Of a stretch of DNA of 64,000 nucleotides, positions 27,853 through 36,959 are shown piece by piece. The translations under genes were made by a program, and so were the position numbers. How positions within the stretch are numbered: position 1 is the stretch's first letter; each line of letters begins with the position of its first letter. The notes under the pieces were generated by a model. The model was not told the origin of the DNA, searched no databases, and worked only from the letters and a program-made list of their open reading frames with translations. Source of the DNA: Candidatus Nanohaloarchaea archaeon (GTDB lineage Archaea > Nanohalarchaeota > Nanosalinia > Nanosalinales > Nanosalinaceae); NCBI GenBank assembly GCA_013343275.1, contig CP046106.1:288001-352000 (forward strand), written 5' to 3'.

Positions 27853-28416
27853 ATGATTCCTTTTGAGGAGGAGGCCTCTCTTAATGAGACTGAGGAGTAT
27901 GTGGAGAGGCTTCTTCAGGCCCGGTGGGATAATGTGGTTCGTTCGACTCCTGGTGTGAAGAGTGATTTAGAGGGCCGTTTTCCGGAGCTGTCGGAGACTA
28001 TCAGCAGAAGGATCAGGGAGGATTCGGGTGGCGAGTTTTCGAATGTTTTCCGGCCTGGTGTGCCTGATTTCCTGGTTTTTGATGACAGCGGAGAGTATCT
28101 CTTTGTCGAGGTTAAGTCGAGCGATGACGGCCTGAGGAGTACGCAGTTGCGCTGGCTGCGGGATTTCCAGGGTGTTAACATGGAGATCTGGTTCGCTGAC
28201 AGCAAAGATATCGAGAAGCTGGATGCGGATGATTTCGGTTCCTACGGTTTCAGCGATGTAAAGAAGAATAATTCAAGCTACGAGTTAGAGGAGAGAAACA
28301 GTAATCTGTGGGCCCAGATTCCTGATGAGCTAGCCGCAATACTCGGCCTCGATGAAGAGAGCAGTGTTGAGTGGCGTTTGAAGAGCGGTGATGAGTTGAT
28401 ACTGGATAACAGGTAA
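27853..28416 (+). CDS. VRR-NUC PD-(D/E)xK nuclease with AbrB-like C-terminus
   Basis: GVPDFLV...FVEVKSSDDGLRSTQLRW; C-terminal QIPDELAAILGL...VEW. Confidence 0.82.
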   Translation: MIPFEEEASLNETEEYVERLLQARWDNVVRSTPGVKSDLEGRFPELSETISRRIREDSGGEFSNVFRPGVPDFLVFDDSGEYLFVEVKSSDDGLRSTQLRWLRDFQGVNMEIWFADSKDIEKLDADDFGSYGFSDVKKNNSSYELEERNSNLWAQIPDELAAILGLDEESSVEWRLKSGDELILDNR

Positions 28417-28419
28417 ATT

Positions 28420-29094
28420 CTAGAACTCTCTTTCTACGTCGACGTGCTGGAATCCGTTTTCCTCCAGTCTCTGCTCTACTTCCTGTGCCAGGGCCTCTGG
28501 TTCTTCTGCGTCGTCGTTGATGTAGACTGCTGTGGTGTATGAGAAAGGTACTTCTCCAGGTATGTCGCTGTCGTGCCGTGAGTTCTCAGGTACGAGCAGT
28601 TCGAATGTTACGTCGGAGCCGAAGTTGGACTGGCTCTTGGTGAAATGTCTGTCGCTGCCGACATGTACGCTGTTGGTTCTTCTGGCGCCCATAGTGGATT
28701 TCCGGACATCGAGGTCTGCAAGGCCGTAGTCCTGGAGGAATCCTCCGATCTCTTCTGCACCTTTCTCTTCAAGGCCTTCCTGTACTGCGTCAGGGCCGTG
28801 CTCTCTGAGCTCGTCCTCGTTCTCTATTATGTACTCTCCGAGATTGATCTTCCCTTCGTCTACAGCTTCGATGTCCCGTAATGCGTATGTCTTGAGTTCG
28901 TCGAGGAGGTCGTCCTCCATAGGGTTGTAGGCCTCTTCCTCCATGATGCCGAGTGCGCTGTCTGCTGTTGTCGAGTGGTAGACTTTCTCGTTGCCGAATT
29001 CGTTGTATTCGCTGTCAGGCCAGTGCACTGCCTCACGGCTCAGATCTGCAAGTCTATCGGATGAATGCAGGTTTGGGTCGGGTTCGAAGCTCAT
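28420..29094 (-). CDS. Hypothetical protein, possible ADP-ribosyltransferase-like fold
   Basis: VYHSTT..SA.GI, SVHVGSD, VTFELLV and GEVPFSY resemble ART/KptA-type strands. Confidence 0.45.
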   Translation of the reverse strand: MSFEPDPNLHSSDRLADLSREAVHWPDSEYNEFGNEKVYHSTTADSALGIMEEEAYNPMEDDLLDELKTYALRDIEAVDEGKINLGEYIIENEDELREHGPDAVQEGLEEKGAEEIGGFLQDYGLADLDVRKSTMGARRTNSVHVGSDRHFTKSQSNFGSDVTFELLVPENSRHDSDIPGEVPFSYTTAVYINDDAEEPEALAQEVEQRLEENGFQHVDVEREF

Positions 29095-29108
29095 AGTTCA
29101 TCACTCTC

Positions 29109-29996
29109 CTAGATCGGTTGCTGTAGGCCTTCTATCTCATCGCCTTCGTATGATCCTCCTACTACGTCTCCTTCTTTGCCTATCAGGCCGTTGCTGGAGA
29201 CCGTGTAGCTTCCTCCGGTTTCCTGGACTACTTCTGCGTCGGGGCCGAAGCTTCCGTAACGGAAATGTATTCTGCTGTCGCCGTACTGTTTTTCCTCTCC
29301 GTTGTGGCCGTCAAGGGAAGGCCCTCCGTTAAGTTCGACGTCTGAAGCTCTCAGAAGCCCCTCCAGGTCTGATACTACTTCTGATGCGTTTTCGAGGTTG
29401 GCGTGGATTGAGGCTGTGTTGAAGTTTTCTGCTCCGGCTCTGAACTGCTGTCGGCCGTGCTGCATGATGTTGTCTTTCTTGTAGTCGTCGACTTCCGGGT
29501 AGATGGTAATGAATTTTCCTTCCTGGCCGTCGCTCATTCCGGAGAGTTTCTCTGCGTCCTCAACTACTTTGTGGGCTACTCCTTCGTCCTGTAGGTAAGG
29601 TAGAACTGTTTCGGCTACGTCTCTTGCCTCTTCGGGATCTGCTGATACTCTTAGCTTCCAGCCCTGGTGTGGCAGATCGTTCTGGTGTACTGTTTTGTGG
29701 TCCTGGAAGACTCTGTCGGCGAAGTATTCCTCGTCTCCGGTCGTCAGGTCGTACCATTCCTGGTCTACGAGGTCTCTCATCCAGTGGTTTCCTTCCCTGT
29801 CCTCTACTCTTGGTACAGGTCTTCCTCCAGGCATGTCGCTTGGATAGACGCCTTCCTCTTTCATCATATCTATTTCCTGCTGTACTCTCTGCTCTATTTC
29901 GTCTCCGGAGTATTTTGTGCCTGATCCGGCGCTTACGAATACTTCGTCGCCGTCCAGGTTTTCCACCAGATCCTGCCAGTCATCAATCATACTCAT
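29109..29996 (-). CDS. Stand-alone LanKC/RamC N-terminal (OspF/SpvC-like phosphothreonine lyase) domain protein
   Basis: PHQGWKLRVSA, VAHKV, GKFITIYP and IHFRYGSF match the class III/IV lanthipeptide lyase signature. Confidence 0.78.
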   Translation of the reverse strand: MSMIDDWQDLVENLDGDEVFVSAGSGTKYSGDEIEQRVQQEIDMMKEEGVYPSDMPGGRPVPRVEDREGNHWMRDLVDQEWYDLTTGDEEYFADRVFQDHKTVHQNDLPHQGWKLRVSADPEEARDVAETVLPYLQDEGVAHKVVEDAEKLSGMSDGQEGKFITIYPEVDDYKKDNIMQHGRQQFRAGAENFNTASIHANLENASEVVSDLEGLLRASDVELNGGPSLDGHNGEEKQYGDSRIHFRYGSFGPDAEVVQETGGSYTVSSNGLIGKEGDVVGGSYEGDEIEGLQQPI

Positions 29997-30074
29997 TATA
30001 TACCACTCCAACCTTTTATTCTTTTTGTTATCTACCAGTAACAAACAATAGAGTGTCTGGTTTCAAAACCCATA

Positions 30075-30240
30075 GCGTGTTAACTGTTCGCCACTCATTA
30101 ACCACTGGCCCGGTAAATCTGGGCCACCAACCAATAGTCCTGCTGTTCATGCAGGGCGGGTCGGGCTTGGAAGACTCCCTGTTACAGGGTTTGAACAGTC
30201 ATTTTCTTGACTGTGACTCGCTCTTCGGCCCACCCTCTAC
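30075..30240. ncRNA. Unidentified highly structured intergenic RNA candidate
   Basis: Hairpins TGGCCC/GGGCCA and CCTGC/GCAGG, plus a multibranch GGGTCGGGC/GCCCACCC and GAAGA/TCTTC enclosing CCCTG/CAGGG and ACAGTCA/TGACTGT. Confidence 0.5.
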
Positions 30241-30281
30241 TTTTCTACACTTGAGAAAGCCAGTGAAGAAGAAAAAAGGAT

Positions 30282-31013
30282 TTAACGTGCTGCTCTCCCG
30301 GAACTCGCTCTCTCATCTCCTATCTTTCCTGCTGAATGATGCCTTTCTGCAGCTTCAAAGAAGTTCTCGAAGATCTTCAGAACCCTCTTTGCTCTATGGA
30401 AGTTAGCATCGTTAACCTCTCTCATCAACCGCTTTTTCTTCTCCTCGGGCATGTCCTTCGTCCTGATCGCTTTCTCCTTTATCGGCGGCGTCAGCTCAGG
30501 ATGGAACTGTACCCCGTAGACCGGTTTCTCAGTGTGTCGAATTCCCTGATTACATACTTCTGTCTCGGCTATTGACTCCAGCTCTTCCGGCATGTTGACG
30601 ACTTTGTCCTGGTGAGTGTTGAACGGGTACTCCACAGAGTCAAGGCCCTCGAAGATCTCGCTGTCCTCGAACTCTACAGGCCTGTAACCTACCTCGTAGT
30701 TATCCATCTGCACCACGTCAGCACCCATTGCTTTCGCTATTATCTGGTGTCCAAAGCAGAGGCCTAGCACCGGCACATCGTTCTCTATGTACTCCTCTGT
30801 CTTCCGTACAAGTTCGTCTATCCATTCTTCATCCTCGTAGATCCCGGAGGTTGAGCCAGAGATAACCACTACTTCCGGATCCGCTGGGAACTCATGTTTC
30901 ATGGCCTTGTACTTCTTGATATCGTCGCCGAGAAGTTCGTTGAACCGGTTGCTGTATCTGGGCCATTCCAGGGTCGCATCTATAACTGCAACTTCCCTAT
31001 TGGATTCAAACAC
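30282..31013 (-). CDS. Class I glutamine amidotransferase (GMP synthase A-like)
   Basis: ISGS, PVLGLCFGHQ, HQD and GVQFHPE; probable GTG start at 31013. Confidence 0.92.
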   Translation of the reverse strand: MFESNREVAVIDATLEWPRYSNRFNELLGDDIKKYKAMKHEFPADPEVVVISGSTSGIYEDEEWIDELVRKTEEYIENDVPVLGLCFGHQIIAKAMGADVVQMDNYEVGYRPVEFEDSEIFEGLDSVEYPFNTHQDKVVNMPEELESIAETEVCNQGIRHTEKPVYGVQFHPELTPPIKEKAIRTKDMPEEKKKRLMREVNDANFHRAKRVLKIFENFFEAAERHHSAGKIGDERASSGRAAR

Positions 31014-31280
31014 GAGAGAACACCGGAGAGCTGAAATGTTGAGAGGTTTTAGAAACTTTAGAACTGGTACTGTCAGGACTACTTGAATCTGTGTACCAGA
31101 ACGCATCCACCCTGTGCTACAGGATCACAACTGTATTTCATCTGTACCTCAAAATAAGGTGAAAATGCTTTAAGACTTTAATGGAGAGGGCTTCATACGT
31201 CATCTAGGCTTACTGTGTCGAGCTCTCCATTCTTCGCCTTCCGAGCCTTCGAAGCCACCTGGTTCTTCATAGACTTAATA

Positions 31281-31355
31281 TGCGGCCATCGGGATTTGAA
31301 CCCGAGTCTCGAGCTCGAGAAGCTCGAATGATTGGCCAGACTACACTATGGCCGC
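31281..31355 (-). tRNA. tRNA-Glu(CTC)
   Basis: GCGGCCA/TGGCCGC acceptor; GTGTAGTCTGGCCAATCAT D-arm; CGAGC-TTCTCGA-GCTCG anticodon arm. Confidence 0.93.
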
Positions 31356-31396
31356 ATGTGTAGAGAAATGTTTGTAGGGTAATTTTCAAATACTGT

Positions 31397-31579
31397 TCAG
31401 TTTCTTCTCTTCTTCATTGCGTAGTTGATGATGGCATAGAGAACTATTACCCCGAAGGCAGTTTTGACTGCGCTGAAACCGTAAATTTTCTGTACCAGCG
31501 GCGGTACCACGAGAAGTCCTGCGAGTACTGCTGCGATCCCGAGCACTGTCAGGGCCTTTTCTCTGTCTAACTCCTGCAT
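31397..31579 (-). CDS. Small two-TM membrane protein
   Basis: 60 aa with two hydrophobic helices. Confidence 0.6.
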   Translation of the reverse strand: MQELDREKALTVLGIAAVLAGLLVVPPLVQKIYGFSAVKTAFGVIVLYAIINYAMKKRRN

Positions 31580-31677
31580 GTAGAACTTTTGGCCAGATGA
31601 GAGTTAAAAACACAGCACCAGACAGTAACAGTTTTTGTTACCGAATCGTTAAAAAATTGGTATGTGGCTGAGTGTAT

Positions 31678-32106
31678 ATGTTGACGGAAGCTGAAAGAGC
31701 AAAGTACGAGGAGCTCGAGGAAGGAAAATGGACCATGTCCGGCTACGGTCCAGGATCCGACCAAGTAGAGAGACTGACAGATCTACGGACAAAGATGTGG
31801 AAAGACCTGAGCATGGAAGAACTATTCCAGGAAGGAGACGTGGAAGTCGGAAAGTTCAACCGAAAAGATACTTACGCAGATGCAGGATATCAGGGCCACT
31901 TCAACGTAGAAATCAACCAGAACAACTGGGAGCAGTCCATGACATACAGACCTTCATTCAACCTCGACTACGAAGAACAGGTGCTCGAACTCGAAGCCAG
32001 AACAGATGAACCTGAAGTAGTTGATGAGGGCGAAACAGTAAAAGACATAAGAACTGCAGACAGCCTCAAAGACACTGTTTTCAACTATCTCGGTATTCAG
32101 AAGTAG
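31678..32106 (+). CDS. Hypothetical acidic protein
   Basis: ~142-aa ORF with host-like composition. Confidence 0.65.
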   Translation: MLTEAERAKYEELEEGKWTMSGYGPGSDQVERLTDLRTKMWKDLSMEELFQEGDVEVGKFNRKDTYADAGYQGHFNVEINQNNWEQSMTYRPSFNLDYEEQVLELEARTDEPEVVDEGETVKDIRTADSLKDTVFNYLGIQK

Positions 32107-32361
32107 CTACTCTGACTCTATCTCATCTATCCTTTCCTCAAGTTCTTCACGGCCTTCTTCATCAATCTTACCCCAGTAACCTACCAAGATTATCGACAGC
32201 AGAAAAATCAGGCCCCATGCTGCAGTGGCAGATTCTTTCGGAACATAAAGCTCGAAAAGCCCGCTGATCACACCCTCCAGAGAGAAAACAATGATAACAG
32301 GACCTACAACTTCCCTAGGCAGGAAGTAGTCAAAATAGGTCTTCAGCTTTTCTCTTTCCAT
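32107..32361 (-). CDS. Small two-TM membrane protein
   Basis: MEREKLK start; two hydrophobic segments. Confidence 0.7.
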   Translation of the reverse strand: MEREKLKTYFDYFLPREVVGPVIIVFSLEGVISGLFELYVPKESATAAWGLIFLLSIILVGYWGKIDEEGREELEERIDEIESE

Positions 32362-32396
32362 ATTCAACAGTTCGGAGAGAAGAGAAAATAAACTTT

Positions 32397-32525
32397 TGGA
32401 CCACCCGGGGTTCGAACCCGGGACCGCCGCCTCTCTTCGAGGCCATCGCACTGGCGTGTTTCAGCAACGTTTTTCAGTACGAGGTCCGTATAAGGACGGT
32501 GCTCTAACCCCTGAGCTAGTGGTCC
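32397..32525 (-). tRNA. tRNA-Ile(TAT) with a 56-nt intron (32433-32488)
   Basis: Exon 1 GGACCACTAGCTCAGGGGTTAGAGCACCGTCCTTATA; exon 2 AGGCGGCGGTCCCGGGTTCGAACCCCGGGTGGTCCA; intron stem TCGTACTG/CAGTGCGA. Confidence 0.88.
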
Positions 32526-32638
32526 AAGACTCCTCTATTACATGCAGTTCCTGCGTAAATTAAAAAACCTTTACAGGCTCAGGCAAGTTTCCGGGCTAAA
32601 ATGTTTTATTTCAGAGGAAGAATTCCTTATTGTTATCT

Positions 32639-34069
32639 ATGAATGGTCTGCCTGTTGCCGGGGTTATAATCCTGCTGAACCTTCTTTGCGTATCCCTGAT
32701 AGTTAAGCGTAGCCGTTTTGAGTGGGAAAAACGGTTGAGAAAGCGTTTCGGGGTTGACAGGCACTGGTGGATTCCCTTAATTGCGTTATTTCTGTGCCTG
32801 GCTTTTTCAGTAGTAAGCTTTTCCAGCGTCAGGGCAGCTTTTCTGGAGAAGTTTGAGATCATTGTATTGATATTTGCTTTCGGCGTTATGGCAGAAGGCC
32901 TTCGTTCCTCTGGACTTTTCCAGCATCTAGCGTACCGTATCGTGGAGAAAGGAGATGGTAGCACTTCCCGGCTAATACTATACATGTTTGTACTGACTTC
33001 GGCAATAACATTCTTCACATCGAACGATATCGTTGTCTACGTTCTGACGCCTATAATTGTCTCGATCTGTTTCCAGGCTGGTATAAGGAATACGAAATTG
33101 ATCTTGCTCTCGCAGTTTATCGCTGCCAATACGCTTTCCATGGGGATGTTGATAGGTTCTCCAACAAACCTGATTATAGCCGAGTCCGTAGGCCTAGACT
33201 TCTTCTCCTACCTCCTGCTGATGATCGTTCCTGCCCTCATAGCATTTGGTTCCTCATTTGTACTGCTGAAGTTAACTGTCAAACTGCTTCAGAAAGGCAA
33301 ACTACCATTTTTCTCTGATTTAAAGTTTGAAGAAAGCTACTCTGTGCCGGAGGATAACCCTGAACCAAGATTTACCTCGCAGATGAGAGACTGGAGTATT
33401 ATATTCGGGTTCTTCGTAGCCCTTGTCGCCGTAGTTACCTTCAGGAACTTCTCCCTCCTATGGTGTTCGGTTCCAGCAATAACCATTTCTCTGTTCTACT
33501 GGCATCTATCCGAGAGACACGTAGACATACGAGAACCTCTTCAAAACCTGCCTTACGGGATTTTCTTCTTCGGCATGACTTTCTTCATATTCGCCGAACA
33601 GTTCGCAAGGACGGGTTTCGTGAACACTGATCTAGTGCCGTTTCTTCAGAACCTTTTCCACGGAAACCATGCAATAACCTCATTCACAGGAGTCTTCGCC
33701 TCCGGCATTACAGTCAACCTCTTCCTAGATCTACCTTCCGCAGCAATAATAGCAGAGATACTGCCAAAACTCGAGCTAGGAACAGTAACCGAACACATAC
33801 TAACACAGGCCACCCTAGTAGGGCTGAACATAGGAACCTACCTGACCTCCATCGGAGCTCTAGCAGGTCTGATCTGGTTTGACGAGATAAGGTTGCAGAG
33901 GACAAAAGAAGAGTCGCAGACGCCTGGCCTAGAGGAGGAAATGATATTCCCTGACCGTATAGACCTTCTGCGTTACGGCCTACTGCACTTCCTGTTCACA
34001 GGGATAATCTCCGCACTGTTTATCCTTGTGGAGGCAGGTCTGATAGGCATCCTCACGACAGCCCTCTGA
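32639..34069 (+). CDS. ArsB/NhaD/SLC13-family ion transporter
   Basis: Many TM helices; TSND, AANT, IGSPTN and GALAGLIW motifs. Confidence 0.88.
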   Translation: MNGLPVAGVIILLNLLCVSLIVKRSRFEWEKRLRKRFGVDRHWWIPLIALFLCLAFSVVSFSSVRAAFLEKFEIIVLIFAFGVMAEGLRSSGLFQHLAYRIVEKGDGSTSRLILYMFVLTSAITFFTSNDIVVYVLTPIIVSICFQAGIRNTKLILLSQFIAANTLSMGMLIGSPTNLIIAESVGLDFFSYLLLMIVPALIAFGSSFVLLKLTVKLLQKGKLPFFSDLKFEESYSVPEDNPEPRFTSQMRDWSIIFGFFVALVAVVTFRNFSLLWCSVPAITISLFYWHLSERHVDIREPLQNLPYGIFFFGMTFFIFAEQFARTGFVNTDLVPFLQNLFHGNHAITSFTGVFASGITVNLFLDLPSAAIIAEILPKLELGTVTEHILTQATLVGLNIGTYLTSIGALAGLIWFDEIRLQRTKEESQTPGLEEEMIFPDRIDLLRYGLLHFLFTGIISALFILVEAGLIGILTTAL

Positions 34070-34167
34070 TCACTACTTTCGTACATTCTTTTTCTCCAGC
34101 CCTCATCAGGTTAATAAATCTTCTATGGAATAGGTTAGTTGTAACGTTCTAAAGGTGAGAATAATTA

Positions 34168-34878
34168 ATGCAGATGACTAATCCGAATCAGCAGCAGTAT
34201 GACCGTGGAATTACAACCTTCTCTCCAGACGGAAGGCTTTTCCAGGTTGAATACGCAAAAGAAGCAGTAAAGAAAGGCGCAACAGCTCTGGGAATCGTCT
34301 ACGACGAGGGAGTTGTTCTGGGAGCAACCAGAAGTACTCCAGAACTTCAGGTAAGGAACCCTGAGAAGGTTTTCAAGATCGACGACCATCTAGGTGTCGC
34401 AACCTCAGGTCTCGTAGCCGACGGCCGCACACTTGTTGAGGAAGCAAGGAACGAGGCCCAGAAGTACTTGATGACTTACAGCGAGGAGATCCCTACCAGC
34501 AACCTCTCCAAGTTCGTCGCCGATAGATGCCAGCAGTTTACACAGTACGGAGGCGTAAGGCCTTACGGACTGGCAACGATCGCAGGAGGAGTTAAGGACG
34601 GTAAGGCTGAAGTCTACCAGACAGATCCTTCCGGAACACTCAGCCAGTGGAATGCAATCGCAATTGGAAAAGGCGGCAGCGAAGCGAAAGAATACCTCCA
34701 GGAGAACTGGGAGGACGGACTTTCCCGTGAAGACGCTATTGAACTGGCACTCGCAGCACTGAAAGAGGGAGAAGACGACATCGAACTGAAGAATGTCGAA
34801 CTGGGAACTGTTGACGAAGAAAACAATTTCCAGAGAGTATCTCCTGACGAGCTCAGGGAAGAAGGCTTCGAACTTTAA
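34168..34878 (+). CDS. psmA: Proteasome alpha subunit
   Basis: YDRGITTFSPDGRLFQVEYA signature. Confidence 0.98.
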   Translation: MQMTNPNQQQYDRGITTFSPDGRLFQVEYAKEAVKKGATALGIVYDEGVVLGATRSTPELQVRNPEKVFKIDDHLGVATSGLVADGRTLVEEARNEAQKYLMTYSEEIPTSNLSKFVADRCQQFTQYGGVRPYGLATIAGGVKDGKAEVYQTDPSGTLSQWNAIAIGKGGSEAKEYLQENWEDGLSREDAIELALAALKEGEDDIELKNVELGTVDEENNFQRVSPDELREEGFEL

Positions 34879-34969
34879 GGCCTTCTCTCCTTTTGTACCC
34901 TATTTTTCTCTTGTTTCTATCTACAGAAATTGAAAAACTGTTTAAGAATAGCAGCTTATAGATATCTTT

Positions 34970-35650
34970 ATGGATACCTCTGATGCGATCAAAGTTCGTT
35001 ATGAAGACTACGAAATTCTGGTAGATCCTGACCTCGCCAAAGAGGCCAAGCTCGAAGGTAAAGAGCATGATATACAGAGGCTTCTTTTCGTCCAGGAAGT
35101 TTTCAAAGACGCCGACCAGGGTGAGAGAGCGTCGGCCGACGAACTGGAAAATGATTTCAACACACGCCAGGTGATGGAGGCTGCCGAGGAAATATTCGAG
35201 AAAGGAGAGATGCAGCTGACGACCGAACAGAAGAAAGAGATGAGAGAAGACAAGAGAAAACAGATAGTTAACATGATCGCAAGAAGGGCCATGGACCCGA
35301 AAACAGGCAACCCGCACCCACCGCAGAGGGTGGAGAACGCACTGGAGGAGGCAGGATTCCATGTAGATGCCATGGAAGACGTGGAAGAACAGTTCGACGA
35401 TGCAATTGAACAGATCAGACCTATCATACCAGTCTCACTGGATAAGAAAACTGTAGGTATCAAGATACCAAACGACAAAGCAGGAAAGGCCTACGACCTC
35501 CTGAAGAGAAAGGCCGACCTGAAAGACGAGCAATGGGGCAACGAGTACTTCATGGCCCGCATCCAGCTACCTGCCGGAGCACTCACGGAACTTATGGAAG
35601 AGCTGCAGGAGATGACCGGCGGCGAAGTCCAGATGACAGAAGAGGCCTAA
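34970..35650 (+). CDS. Ribosome maturation factor SBDS/Sdo1
   Basis: EILVDP, VFKDA..G..AS, GEMQLT and DPKTGNPHPPQR. Confidence 0.96.
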   Translation: MDTSDAIKVRYEDYEILVDPDLAKEAKLEGKEHDIQRLLFVQEVFKDADQGERASADELENDFNTRQVMEAAEEIFEKGEMQLTTEQKKEMREDKRKQIVNMIARRAMDPKTGNPHPPQRVENALEEAGFHVDAMEDVEEQFDDAIEQIRPIIPVSLDKKTVGIKIPNDKAGKAYDLLKRKADLKDEQWGNEYFMARIQLPAGALTELMEELQEMTGGEVQMTEEA

Positions 35651-35655
35651 AAATA

Positions 35656-36120
35656 ATGCATTCCAGCGCCGAGAGATTCGCAGACAAAGTTGAAGAGAAA
35701 TACGATTTCAGGCCTGAAATCAGGGAGTTCCCGGAAGGCACAAAAACTGCAGAGGACGCAGCAAATGCAATCAACTGTGAAGTAGGCCAGATAGTGAAAA
35801 GCCTGGTATTCGAATCAGAGAAAGGGCTTTACCTGGTTCTGTGCAGCGGGGATAACAGTGTTGACACAGATAAACTGGCGATGAGAACTAGTTCCGATTC
35901 AGTTGATATGGCCTCTCCGGATCAGGTGAAGGAGGTTACAGGCTGGAGCATCGGTGGAGTTCCTCCATTGCTCTCAGATCTCGAGGTATTCATGGATGAT
36001 ACGTTGCTCGACTACGATAAGGTTTGGGCGGCTGCTGGCACTCCTGAGGCCGTTTTCAGTATAGATCCTGAAAGGCTGAAGTCTCTGTCGGATGCCTCTG
36101 TTGAGACTTTTTTCGATTAG
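35656..36120 (+). CDS. YbaK/EbsC aminoacyl-tRNA deacylase
   Basis: QIVKSLVF, TGWSIGGVPP and WAAAG. Confidence 0.92.
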   Translation: MHSSAERFADKVEEKYDFRPEIREFPEGTKTAEDAANAINCEVGQIVKSLVFESEKGLYLVLCSGDNSVDTDKLAMRTSSDSVDMASPDQVKEVTGWSIGGVPPLLSDLEVFMDDTLLDYDKVWAAAGTPEAVFSIDPERLKSLSDASVETFFD

Positions 36121-36217
36121 AAACAGGTATTTAAAGATTGCAGGAGTTTTTCTATTTATAAAATCAGATTCTTTTGTGGAAAGTTGATAGAAGAATAAAA
36201 TTTGAGGTAATAAATTT

Positions 36218-36910
36218 ATGTCACGTGTAAAAGAAGACAATGACTTAGTTGTTCCTGGAGACGTCCTATACGACGGAAGCAACCTATATGCGAACCAGGG
36301 CACCTATGAAGAAAACGATAAAATCTATGCAGAAAGCGTTGGCGTTGTACGTTACAGCGACCAGGGTGTCGAAGTCGTCCCTATGTCAGGAAGATACATT
36401 CCTGAAGAAGGCGACGTAGTAATTGGAGAGATCTCTCGAGTAAGTTATTCTCGATGGACCGTTGACCTGAACTCTCCTTACGACGGCACACTCGGTATCA
36501 GCGACGCAACAGAAGAGTACGTTGACCTTGACGAAGACGACCTTACAGACTTCTACGATGTAGGAGATACAGTAGTTGTCAAGATTGACTCCGTAAGCGA
36601 GTCAATGGACGTCGACCTCTCAATGAAAGACCGCAGATGCAAGAAACTGCACGGCGGACGAGTAGTAGAGATCGCACCATCAAAGGTACCTCGTGTAATC
36701 GGAAAAGGAGGTACAATGGTACAGCAGGTTAACGACAAGACCGACTGCAACATAATCGTAGGCCAGAACGGTCAGGTATGGATCAAAGGCGAACATGCCA
36801 ACCTTGCAGCAAGAGCGATCAAGAAAATCGAAAGAGAAGCTCACACACAGGGCCTGACAGACAGAATAGCTGAATGGCTTGATGAACAGCTAGAAGAGGT
36901 GGATCAATAA
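36218..36910 (+). CDS. rrp4: Exosome cap protein Rrp4
   Basis: VVPGD, S1 domain, KH motif RVIGKGG and GQNG. Confidence 0.95.
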   Translation: MSRVKEDNDLVVPGDVLYDGSNLYANQGTYEENDKIYAESVGVVRYSDQGVEVVPMSGRYIPEEGDVVIGEISRVSYSRWTVDLNSPYDGTLGISDATEEYVDLDEDDLTDFYDVGDTVVVKIDSVSESMDVDLSMKDRRCKKLHGGRVVEIAPSKVPRVIGKGGTMVQQVNDKTDCNIIVGQNGQVWIKGEHANLAARAIKKIEREAHTQGLTDRIAEWLDEQLEEVDQ

Positions 36911-36959
36911 TGAAAATCGCAGATTTTCGTAGAGATGAAAACAGAGGTGTTTTCGAATA

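Noticed and set aside
29109-29996. Lanthipeptide biosynthetic cluster
   Set aside because: No kinase or cyclase domains, precursor peptide or transporter nearby
29624-30406. 260-aa + strand ORF and other Ser/Leu-rich antisense ORFs
   Set aside because: Shadow frames of acidic genes with atypical composition
31193-31270. 25-aa ORF resembling an antitoxin tail downstream of tRNA-Glu
   Set aside because: Too short and no cognate toxin; cannot be supported
17000-31355. Integrative element inserted at tRNA-Glu
   Set aside because: No integrase or transposase and no duplicated tRNA 3' end (att site) were seen, so this is only called an accessory island
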